Assembly: GCA_031264885.1 (NCBI GenBank)
Contig: JAISDM010000081.1
Span: 1 to 37,603, forward strand
Direction: 5' to 3'
Source: Peptococcaceae bacterium
Lineage (GTDB): Bacteria > Bacillota > Peptococcia > DRI-13 > UBA5745
Length of the DNA stretch: 37,603 nt
Numbering within the stretch: position 1 is the first letter of the stretch; every line of letters starts with the position of its first letter. The notes beneath the pieces were generated by a model. That model saw nothing but the letters and a program-made list of their open reading frames with translations, was not told the DNA's origin and did not search any database. The position numbers and the translations under genes were made by a program. Shown one piece after another: positions 24,506 to 31,892 of this stretch.

Positions 24506-25960
24506 ATGTCTGTTGTGTATTCTTTTGAAATTGAATCTCCGTTTGACACACTGATTGTCGATGTGCGCGAAGATGGAACGGTTAGCGCGAAATGCCCCGA
24601 TATTCAAAAAATCTTCGCGAGCCTTAACGAGAACGAAAAAGAAAATCAGTCGTTCGGAACCCGGGTTTTTGGAATCACATTTAACGGGCAGAGTTATGAC
24701 AAAATCGTTTTTGTACGCAGATCGGACAAACTGACACCGCGAAAGGTTCGCCAGCGGTATGGCGCGGCAGCCAAACTCACCGGCAATCTCCACGGGGAAA
24801 ACGCCGTATATATTCCCGACGAAACGACGCCGAAAGAATGGTTCACGACGATTACGGAAGGCTTTTTGCTCGGGCAGTATAAATTCGGCAAATACGCGAA
24901 AAAGCCGCCGAAAGCGCCGGCAAAAATCGTTATAGCATTCGCGGAAAATATCCGCGCGGAAATTGAAGAAGGCAATTGGCTCGCGGAAGCGGCATATTTG
25001 GCGCGGGATTTATCTTTCGAGCCGGCGAATGTGGCGACGCCTGAGGAAATAGCCCGTCAGGCCGAATCCATCGCGGAAATTCCAGGCGTAAAAGCAGAAG
25101 TTTTTGGCAAAAATGAAATACAAGCTTTAAGGCTCGGCGCGTTTCTCGCCGTTTCGCGGGGGAGCGCGCGGGAACCAAAATTAATTACAATTGATTATGA
25201 CGGCGCGCCGCAAAGCGCGGAACGGCTCGCGCTTATCGGGAAAGGCATTTGTTTTGATTCGGGCGGTTACTGCATAAAACAATATGAAGGTATCACGTCG
25301 ATGAAAAGCGATATGGAAGGAGCGGCAGTCGTACTCGGTGCTGTTTCCGCGATTGCGAAGGCTAAACTCAAGTTTAACATTACTGTTATCGTCGCCGCTT
25401 GTGAAAATTTGATTTCGGGCGAAGCGGTTTTACCCGGCGATATCATTGAATCACGCAGCGGAACGCAAATAGAGATTGTGAACACCGACGCGGAAGGACG
25501 GCTTACGCTTGCCGACGCTTTAACTTACGCGATAGAAGAAAAAAAAGCGACGCGTCTTTTGGACATAGCTACTCTGACAGGAGCCTGCGCAATGGCGTTA
25601 GGCAGTCAATATATCGGGACATTCTCAAGTGACGAGGATTTTTATAAACTTATTGAGGAAAGTTCCCGCCTTTCGGGAGAAGATATTTGGCGTCTTCCTT
25701 TATCGGAGGAATATAAAATACTGAACCGCTCGGAAGTCGCTCATATTAAAAATGTTGGCGAGCGCGCCGCCGGCGCGATAAGCGCGGCGCTGTTCCTTCA
25801 GGAATTTACAGGCGGCTTGCCGTGGATACATCTTGATATAGCAGGCGCGTCGAGAAGCGGCAAAGACAAGGAAATTTTTGCCGTCGGCCCCACCGGCGCC
25901 GGTACGGCGCTGCTTTATAATTTAGTTAAAAATTTGGCTGAGGAGGGAACCTCGAAGTGA
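24506..25960 (+). CDS. pepA: Leucyl aminopeptidase, M17 family
   Basis: Signature VNTDAEGRL, MKSDMEGAA and GKGICFDSGG. Confidence 0.9.
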   Translation: MSVVYSFEIESPFDTLIVDVREDGTVSAKCPDIQKIFASLNENEKENQSFGTRVFGITFNGQSYDKIVFVRRSDKLTPRKVRQRYGAAAKLTGNLHGENAVYIPDETTPKEWFTTITEGFLLGQYKFGKYAKKPPKAPAKIVIAFAENIRAEIEEGNWLAEAAYLARDLSFEPANVATPEEIARQAESIAEIPGVKAEVFGKNEIQALRLGAFLAVSRGSAREPKLITIDYDGAPQSAERLALIGKGICFDSGGYCIKQYEGITSMKSDMEGAAVVLGAVSAIAKAKLKFNITVIVAACENLISGEAVLPGDIIESRSGTQIEIVNTDAEGRLTLADALTYAIEEKKATRLLDIATLTGACAMALGSQYIGTFSSDEDFYKLIEESSRLSGEDIWRLPLSEEYKILNRSEVAHIKNVGERAAGAISAALFLQEFTGGLPWIHLDIAGASRSGKDKEIFAVGPTGAGTALLYNLVKNLAEEGTSK

Positions 25961-27027
25961 GCAACACCCGAATCCAAAATGTCATGGATAACCTGCAAAA
26001 AATGGGCTTGACGCAACTATTGATTTCCGACATGACCGCTATTTATTATTTAACGGGACAGCGGTTTTTCCCCGGGGAACGTCTTGTCCTCCTGCATATC
26101 AGCACAGGCGGAAACACACTGTATTTGAACGAACTCAGTCAGGAAACGGAACCGATAAAAGATGTGGAAACCATTCGTTTTTCGCTTGGCGACGACGGTC
26201 TCTCCCGCGTAATAAAGGGAATCGGGAAGGGTGCTCTCGGCGTGGATAAAAATCTGCCTGCCCGGTATCTTATTCCCTTACTTCACGAAAGCGGCGCCGG
26301 CGACGTCATTGTCGCGTCCGAGGCGGTCGATCGGGCGCGGGCCCGAAAAGACATTCAGGAACAGGCGTACATGGCCGAAAGTTCCGAAATTAACGACCGC
26401 GCTATGGAACAGTTTGAAAAACTTATTCAGGAAGGCGTTACGGAACGGGGCGTTCAAGAACAGATGCGCGGGATTTATAAAGAATTAGGCGCGGACGATA
26501 TAGGATTTGGCTTCTCCGCCTTTGGAGCGAACGCCGCGGAACCGCATCACGCGAGCGACGATACGGTTCTCAAAGAAGGTGACTGCGTCGTCCTTGATGT
26601 GGGGTGTATCAAGTATGGATATTTTTCAGATATGACGCGGACTTTTTTCTATAAAAGCGTATCGGGCCGGCATCGCGAAATTTACGAAATTGTCAAGCTG
26701 GCAAACGAAACGGCCCAAAAAATCGTTCGCCCAGGAGTGCGTTTTTCCGATATAGACAGGACGGCGCGGGATATAATCGCGGCGGCGGGTTACGGCGAAT
26801 ATTTTATTCACCGGCTCGGCCATTCCATCGGATTGCAAATGCATGAATACGGTGATGTTTCGGCTTATAACGATGATCTCGTCGAGGAAGGCATGATTTT
26901 TTCCATTGAGCCGGGCATTTATCTGCCGGGGGATTTCGGCGTGAGGATAGAGGATTTGGTCTTGGCGACAGAGAACGGGGTTCGTTCGCTGAATGGGTAT
27001 TCGAAAGAATTGAAAGTGATTGATTGA
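25957..27027 (+). CDS. M24-family Xaa-Pro dipeptidase / aminopeptidase P-like
   Basis: Metal-ligand pattern VLDVGCIKYGYFSDMTRT, HRLGHSIGLQMHE, FSIEPGIY and RIEDLV. The GTG start overlaps the pepA stop (GTGA). Confidence 0.85.
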   Translation: MSNTRIQNVMDNLQKMGLTQLLISDMTAIYYLTGQRFFPGERLVLLHISTGGNTLYLNELSQETEPIKDVETIRFSLGDDGLSRVIKGIGKGALGVDKNLPARYLIPLLHESGAGDVIVASEAVDRARARKDIQEQAYMAESSEINDRAMEQFEKLIQEGVTERGVQEQMRGIYKELGADDIGFGFSAFGANAAEPHHASDDTVLKEGDCVVLDVGCIKYGYFSDMTRTFFYKSVSGRHREIYEIVKLANETAQKIVRPGVRFSDIDRTARDIIAAAGYGEYFIHRLGHSIGLQMHEYGDVSAYNDDLVEEGMIFSIEPGIYLPGDFGVRIEDLVLATENGVRSLNGYSKELKVID

Positions 27028-27059
27028 CGATGCGGTTTTTGTCGTTCCCGGACGGTTTC

Positions 27060-27208
27060 GGGCGGCAGGATGCCGCCCCTACGGTAGTATGAATGATGCG
27101 TCTGTGTGGGACGGCGTTCTGTCACCGGGCTATGGATGACGCGTCTGTGTGGGACGGCGTTCTGCCGCGGATGACGCGTCCGTCCGTAGGGGCGGCATTC
27201 TGCCGCCC
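27060..27208. repeat. REP-like repeat cluster: an inverted pair of the 25-nt hairpin unit GGGCGGCAG(G/A)ATGCCGCCCCTACGG flanking degenerate ~40-bp direct repeats
   Basis: The unit lies at 27060-27084 (+) and 27184-27208 (inverted). Direct repeats GATG(A)CGCGTCTGTGTGGGACGGCGTTCTG lie at about 27094 and about 27135. The same unit occurs at 29083 and 37523. Confidence 0.85.
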
Positions 27209-27293
27209 GGTTTTGACAGACGCGGCGGCAGAAGATTGACGGCTGCGCGTTATTGTGGCATACTCTTTTTAGGGGTCATAAGGAGGGTTGAGG

Positions 27294-27875
27294 ATGGACA
27301 ATGAGATTATCATGGGAGAGACTTTGACTGTGGATGAATTTTTGAGGATTCAAGAGTGCGCGGACTTGCATATTGAGTATGATGAGGGGTTGGTGTATAC
27401 TGTGGTACCTGTGCTCGGAGATCACGCGGATGTTCATTCGAATTTGATGTTTCTGTTCAGATTGACCGTCGGAGACCGTGGATTTAAGATTGCGTCCGAG
27501 CCCTATGGATTGAAAATAGGGGACAGTAAATATCTGCTTCCGGATATTCAGGTCATAGAAGATACGGGAGCGCTGCCTGATCTGTATTTTGACGGGACGC
27601 CCAGGATTGTGGCCGAGATACTGTCGCCGTCTACCGCGAGGAGGGATCTAAGGGATAAGCGGAACAGTTATTTGGCGTTGGGCGTGCCTGAATACTGGGT
27701 CGTGGATCCCAGGAAGAGAATTCTGGACATTCATTTATTGCAAGAGGGCAAGTATACCGTTCACAGGTTTATGGAAAGCGACGTGATTGATTGCGGCTTG
27801 ATCGGCGCGTTCGATATTCTTACAAATTATATATATACGGGTATAAAAGTAAAATGGGGTCTGGCGGACGACTGA
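27294..27875 (+). CDS. Uma2-family (DUF820) putative endonuclease
   Basis: Pattern ...EYDEG...PDIQV...P.IVAEILSPSTARRDLRDKRNSYLALGVPEYWVVDP. I chose the ATG at 27294 (AAGGAGGG 6 nt upstream) over the TTG at 27288. Confidence 0.8.
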   Translation: MDNEIIMGETLTVDEFLRIQECADLHIEYDEGLVYTVVPVLGDHADVHSNLMFLFRLTVGDRGFKIASEPYGLKIGDSKYLLPDIQVIEDTGALPDLYFDGTPRIVAEILSPSTARRDLRDKRNSYLALGVPEYWVVDPRKRILDIHLLQEGKYTVHRFMESDVIDCGLIGAFDILTNYIYTGIKVKWGLADD

Positions 27876-27897
27876 CGCGGCGAATCAAATTTGGTTA

Positions 27898-27926
27898 TTG
27901 CAATCGCCTCCATCATTTGATAAAAT
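27898..27926 (+). promoter_or_regulatory. Sigma-A promoter for rpmB (TTGCAA-17-TAAAAT with TG extension)
   Basis: TTGCAA at 27898-27903, TG at 27918-27919, TAAAAT at 27921-27926. Confidence 0.55.
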
Positions 27927-27959
27927 GATTTGGTAATTAACCGATAGGAGGTGGAGCTT

Positions 27960-28151
27960 TTGTCCTTCAAATGTGATATTTGCGGAAAAGGGAAATCGGT
28001 GGGCATGCAGGTCAGCCATTCTCATATTCGAACCAAGAAGGTCTGGAAGCCTAATTTGCAGCCTGTTCACGCAATCGTCAACGGTACTCCCGTGAAGCTT
28101 CGTGTTTGTACCAGGTGTCTCCGTTCCGGCAAGGTTCAAAGGGCGGTATAG
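27960..28151 (+). CDS. rpmB: 50S ribosomal protein L28
   Basis: MSFKCDICGKGKSVGMQVSHSHIRTKKVWKPNLQ matches the L28 pattern. I chose the TTG at 27960 (AGGAGG 8 nt upstream). The GTG at 27951 overlaps the RBS. Confidence 0.9.
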   Translation: MSFKCDICGKGKSVGMQVSHSHIRTKKVWKPNLQPVHAIVNGTPVKLRVCTRCLRSGKVQRAV

Positions 28152-28167
28152 CAAGATGAGAATCAGG

Positions 28168-28205
28168 ACAGAGATATGAGGAACTCATGTCTCTGTTTTG
28201 GTTTT
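28168..28205 (+). terminator. Rho-independent terminator after rpmB
   Basis: The 13-bp stem ACAGAGATATGAG / CTCATGTCTCTGT (one G-U pair) has a GAA loop and is followed by TTTGGTTTT. Checked base by base for 28168-28196. Confidence 0.75.
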
Positions 28206-29035
28206 ATACTCGCGAGTATGACGGGATTGGGGACGGAACCGTGGATCAATGGACGGAAGAAAGTGTAATCCGGGGCTTGAACACGCGGAAAATAGGGGTG
28301 AAATGTCTGGTTCTGGAGGAGACCGGCTCTACCAATGACCAGGCCCGGCGCCTGGCTGAGGCGGGGGCGGAGGAAGGCACGGTGGTTCTGGCGGAGAGAC
28401 AGCTTCAGGGCAGGGGACGGCTGGGGCGGCGGTGGGCCTCCCCCCAAGGGTCGGGGCTGTGGTTTTCCGTGATTCTGCGACCTGAAATTCGGCCTGAAGA
28501 AGCCGCGGGGGTCGTGTTTTTGTCGGCGGCGGCCGTTTGCGGCGCTCTGAAAGAGTTCACAAAACTTCCTTGCTTTTTGAAATGGCCTAATGATATATTA
28601 TTGGAAGGCAAAAAGATATGCGGCATTCTGGCCGAGATGAACGGAACCTCTGAGAGGATCAACCATATTGTTGTGGGTGTTGGGATCAATGTGAACCAAC
28701 GGCAGCCGGATTTCCCGGAGGAGCTTCGCGGGAAGGCCGGATCTTTGGCTATGGCGTCGGGTGTGGAATGGGATCGGATCGCCTTGCTGCGGGAGGTTCT
28801 GAGGTCCCTGGACAGAGAATATGAGGACTTCCTGAAATTTGGATTTGCCTGCGCGCTGAGCCGCTGGAGATCCCTGTGCGGGATGTTTGGGCAACAGGTG
28901 CGGATCGACTGTCAGGGAACCGTTGTCTCGGGAACCGCGCTGGATGTGGACGGTCAGGGGCGCCTGCTGGTGGAGACGCCCAACGGTGTGGAGCGGATCA
29001 GCGCCGGGGATGTATCGCTCGTAAAAGAGGCGTGA
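28187..29035 (+). CDS. birA: Biotin--[acetyl-CoA-carboxylase] ligase (group I BirA, no HTH domain evident)
   Basis: GSTNDQA and the GRGRLGRRWASPQGSGLWFS signature are present, as is KWPNDILLEGKKICGIL. The start is uncertain. The ATG at 28187 lies inside the rpmB terminator stem, and an in-frame GTG at 28241 is the alternative. Confidence 0.85.
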   Translation: MSLFWFYTREYDGIGDGTVDQWTEESVIRGLNTRKIGVKCLVLEETGSTNDQARRLAEAGAEEGTVVLAERQLQGRGRLGRRWASPQGSGLWFSVILRPEIRPEEAAGVVFLSAAAVCGALKEFTKLPCFLKWPNDILLEGKKICGILAEMNGTSERINHIVVGVGINVNQRQPDFPEELRGKAGSLAMASGVEWDRIALLREVLRSLDREYEDFLKFGFACALSRWRSLCGMFGQQVRIDCQGTVVSGTALDVDGQGRLLVETPNGVERISAGDVSLVKEA

Positions 29036-29082
29036 TATAAGAGCCGCGATGCGTAATTCGGAGATTCGCGCCTGTCAGGGAC

Positions 29083-29225
29083 GGGCGGCAGAATGCCGCC
29101 CCTACGGAAATATGCAGAATGCCGCCCCTACCCCATCCGGGTCGGGACACGGGTTCAGCCGGCGCGTATTCCGCCGCGCATCACGTGCCCGCCCCTACGG
29201 AAATATGCCGCCCCTGCGGAAATAT
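29083..29225. repeat. REP-like repeat cluster: one full hairpin unit plus three GCCGCCCCT(A/G)CGGAAATAT half-units
   Basis: Full unit at 29083-29107. CAGAATGCCGCCCCTAC at 29115-29131. GCCGCCCCTACGGAAATAT-type units at 29095, 29188 and 29207. Confidence 0.85.
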
Positions 29226-29243
29226 AATGAGAGGATTGAAATC

Positions 29244-30794
29244 ATGGGGGAAATCTCAAAAATTGAGATGTTGAAACAGAAGACTCAGAGGATTCAGATG
29301 GGCGGCGGCCAAGGCGCCGCCGACAGACAGCGCGCGCAAGGCAAAATGACGGCCCGGGAACGGGTGGCGAAGCTGCTGGATCCTTTGTCGTTTACGGAGT
29401 TGGATCAGTTTGTGGCGCACCGCTGCGACCGTTTTGACATGGCGGGCAAGGAGGCGCCCGGGGAAGGGGTCGTCACGGGATATGGAACCGTCGGGGGCCG
29501 TTTGGTGTTTGTTTACGCGCAGGATTTCACGGTGATCGGCGGTTCATTAGGCGAGATGCACGCCGCCAAAATCGTAAAGGTGCAGCAGATGGCTTTGAAG
29601 GCGGGCGCGCCGGTGATCGGGCTGAATGATTCCGGGGGCGCCAGAATCCAGGAGGGCGTGGACGCCTTATCCGGTTATGGCAAGATTTTTTTCAACAACA
29701 CCGTCGCTTCGGGGGTCATACCGCAGATTTCGGCGATTATGGGACCCAGCGCCGGCGGCGCGGTGTATTCGCCGGGGATCACCGATTTTATTTTTATGGT
29801 TCAAAACACATCGCGGATGTTTATCACCGGGCCCCAGGTCATCAAGGAAGCCACCGGGGAGGAAGTGACGCCGGAGGCGCTGGGGGGTTCCGGCGCTCAT
29901 TGCGCCAGAAGCGGGGTGGCGCATTTCGAGGCTCGGAACGATATGGACTGTCTGGATAAAATCAGGGAACTGCTGAGCTACCTGCCGTCCAATAATATGG
30001 AGGATCCCCCCGCGGCCGTCTGTACGGACGACAGGGCCCGGATGGATGAGGCGCTGAATACGCTTGTTCCAAATAACCCGAACAGTTCTTATGATATGCT
30101 GGAGATCATCCGGCGCGTGGCCGACGGGGGTGTTTTTTTTCAGGTACACGCTTTGTTCGCGAAAAATATACTGACGGGATTCATTCGCCTGGGGGGAAGA
30201 TCGGTGGGCGTGGTGGCCAATCAGCCGAAGCACCTGGCCGGGTGCATGGATATCGATGCCTCGGATAAGGCGGCCCGGTTTATCCGTTTCTGCGACGCCT
30301 TCAACATACCCTTGCTGACACTGGTGGATGTGCCGGGGTTTTTGCCGGGAACTCATCAGGAATACGGGGGGATCATCCGTCATGGGGCGAAGGTGCTGTA
30401 CGCCTTCTCGGAGGCGACGGTGCCCAAGGTGACCGTGGAGATCCGGAAGGCTTACGGAGGCGCTTATATTGCCATGTGCTGCAAGGAATTGGGCGCGGAT
30501 CAGGTTATGGCCTGGCCTGGCGCGGAGATTGCGGTGATGGGGGCGGAGGGCGCTTCTAAGATTATCTTCCGGAAAGAGATTGAGGCGTCGGAGGATCCGG
30601 ACAAGACCCGGGAAGCGCTGGTGGCGGATTATCATAGCCGTTTCGCCACGCCTTACGCGGCGGCTGAACGGGGTTATGTGGATATGGTGGTGGAACCTAA
30701 GGAAACCAGGCCGAGGCTCATCAACGCTTTTGAGATGCTGGCCGGCAAACGGGAGACGCGGCCCGCGAAGAAACACGGCAATATGCCGGTGTAG
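29244..30794 (+). CDS. mmdA: Methylmalonyl-CoA decarboxylase alpha subunit / carboxyltransferase (PccB/MmdA family)
   Basis: The family N-terminus is KMTARERVAKLLDP, and both carboxyltransferase halves are present. I chose the ATG at 29244 (GAGAGGA upstream). The ORF-track start at 29049 would translate the REP-like repeats. Confidence 0.85.
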   Translation: MGEISKIEMLKQKTQRIQMGGGQGAADRQRAQGKMTARERVAKLLDPLSFTELDQFVAHRCDRFDMAGKEAPGEGVVTGYGTVGGRLVFVYAQDFTVIGGSLGEMHAAKIVKVQQMALKAGAPVIGLNDSGGARIQEGVDALSGYGKIFFNNTVASGVIPQISAIMGPSAGGAVYSPGITDFIFMVQNTSRMFITGPQVIKEATGEEVTPEALGGSGAHCARSGVAHFEARNDMDCLDKIRELLSYLPSNNMEDPPAAVCTDDRARMDEALNTLVPNNPNSSYDMLEIIRRVADGGVFFQVHALFAKNILTGFIRLGGRSVGVVANQPKHLAGCMDIDASDKAARFIRFCDAFNIPLLTLVDVPGFLPGTHQEYGGIIRHGAKVLYAFSEATVPKVTVEIRKAYGGAYIAMCCKELGADQVMAWPGAEIAVMGAEGASKIIFRKEIEASEDPDKTREALVADYHSRFATPYAAAERGYVDMVVEPKETRPRLINAFEMLAGKRETRPAKKHGNMPV

Positions 30795-30841
30795 AGGGAG
30801 GAACAGCCATGATTGCCGCGCAAGCGAGGGAGGAAAACGTC

Positions 30842-30985
30842 ATGACGGATTATCAGTTCAAGCAGGTGATCGTTATGATTTATCGAATCTTAGAGGCAAA
30901 TGTTCAGGCTGGGAAAAGCCCGGAAGAATTACTGAAAGTCGTTGCTCAGCTCTTAAAAGAGCCGAAGTTTGAGGAGACGGACTAA
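30842..30985 (+). CDS. Small conserved-position ORF (47 aa, or 58 aa from the ATG at 30809), a candidate epsilon-type small subunit of the decarboxylase
   Basis: It is absent from the ORF track because it is under 60 aa. GAGGGAGGA lies 7-8 nt upstream of the ATG at 30842. The predicted protein is MTDYQFKQVIVMIYRILEANVQAGKSPEELLKVVAQLLKEPKFEETD. It fills the mmdA-mmdD gap exactly. Confidence 0.5.
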   Translation: MTDYQFKQVIVMIYRILEANVQAGKSPEELLKVVAQLLKEPKFEETD

Positions 30986-30994
30986 AAAGGGCCG

Positions 30995-31438
30995 ATGCGT
31001 AAGGGGGAAATGAACGTGGTCGATGTGTTGGGGGTAGGCGGAACTCTGCAGTATGGATTCCAGGTGGCGGTGATCGGCATGGTCGTCGTGTTTGTCGGGC
31101 TGATTATTTTGATCGCGATGATCTATGTGATGGGCGCGGTATTGAAGTTGTTCGCCTCCGGCGATCAAGACGGGGAGACGGGCAGGGAGACGGAGCCGGC
31201 CGCCGCGGATCAGGAGCCCGGCCGGGATCCGGACGAATTGGTGGCTGTGATCGCCGCCGCGGTGGCGGCGTCGGGACCCGAGAGCGAGGATGAGACCGTG
31301 GCGGCCATCGCGGCGGTGCTGGCCGTGCTGGAGCAGGAGGGGCAGTCCCAGGTTCCCGTGATGTCCCGCGCGGGCGGCGACGCGTCTTCCGCGTGGAGCG
31401 TGATAGGCCGTATTGAAACCCAAGGGATTCGTTCATAA
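30995..31438 (+). CDS. mmdD: OadG/MmdD-family membrane anchor (delta/gamma-type) subunit of the Na+-translocating decarboxylase
   Basis: A single N-terminal TM helix (VAVIGMVVVFVGLIILIAMIYVMGAVL) is followed by an acidic, Ala-rich linker. The start is uncertain (ATG 30995, ATG 31010 or GTG 31016). Confidence 0.7.
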   Translation: MRKGEMNVVDVLGVGGTLQYGFQVAVIGMVVVFVGLIILIAMIYVMGAVLKLFASGDQDGETGRETEPAAADQEPGRDPDELVAVIAAAVAASGPESEDETVAAIAAVLAVLEQEGQSQVPVMSRAGGDASSAWSVIGRIETQGIRS

Positions 31439-31463
31439 AAAAAACCAATAAAAAAAGGAGCGT

Positions 31464-31874
31464 ATGAAAATGAGAAAATTTCAGGTAACCGTTAATGGGA
31501 AGCTTTATGACGTAGGCGTTTTGGAGGTAGGCGAAACGGCGCCCGCACAGATAGTGGTCCCGGCGCCCGCCCAGGCGGCTCCGGCCCCGGCGCCCGCGCC
31601 GCAGGCAGCGGCTGCTCCCGCTCCCGCGCAGCAGACCGCGTCCGCCGCGCCTATTGACGCCAAAGAGGTCATCAGCGCCCCTATGCCCGGCAAGATCCTT
31701 TCCATCAAGGTGAAGGTGGGCCAGACGGTGAAATCGGGGGATTTGATATTGATTCTGGAAGCGATGAAGATGGAAAACGAGATCTTTTGCGGAGAAAGCG
31801 GAGTCGTTAAAGAAATCAGGATCAAGGAAAGCGATTCGGTGAATCCGGGAGATGTGCTGGTGGCCATCGGCTGA
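31464..31874 (+). CDS. mmdC: Biotin carboxyl carrier subunit of the decarboxylase
   Basis: An Ala/Pro linker (PAPAQAAPAPAPAPQ) and the biotinyl-lysine motif LEAMKMENEI are present. The ATG at 31470 is an alternative start. Confidence 0.85.
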   Translation: MKMRKFQVTVNGKLYDVGVLEVGETAPAQIVVPAPAQAAPAPAPAPQAAAAPAPAQQTASAAPIDAKEVISAPMPGKILSIKVKVGQTVKSGDLILILEAMKMENEIFCGESGVVKEIRIKESDSVNPGDVLVAIG

Positions 31875-31892
31875 TAAGAGAGGAAGTCGTTT

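Noticed and set aside
26919-27125. Short ORFs with the recurring YRRGGILPP peptide (also 37322..37579)
   Set aside because: They are translations of the REP-like hairpin unit in its inverted orientation and are not genes.
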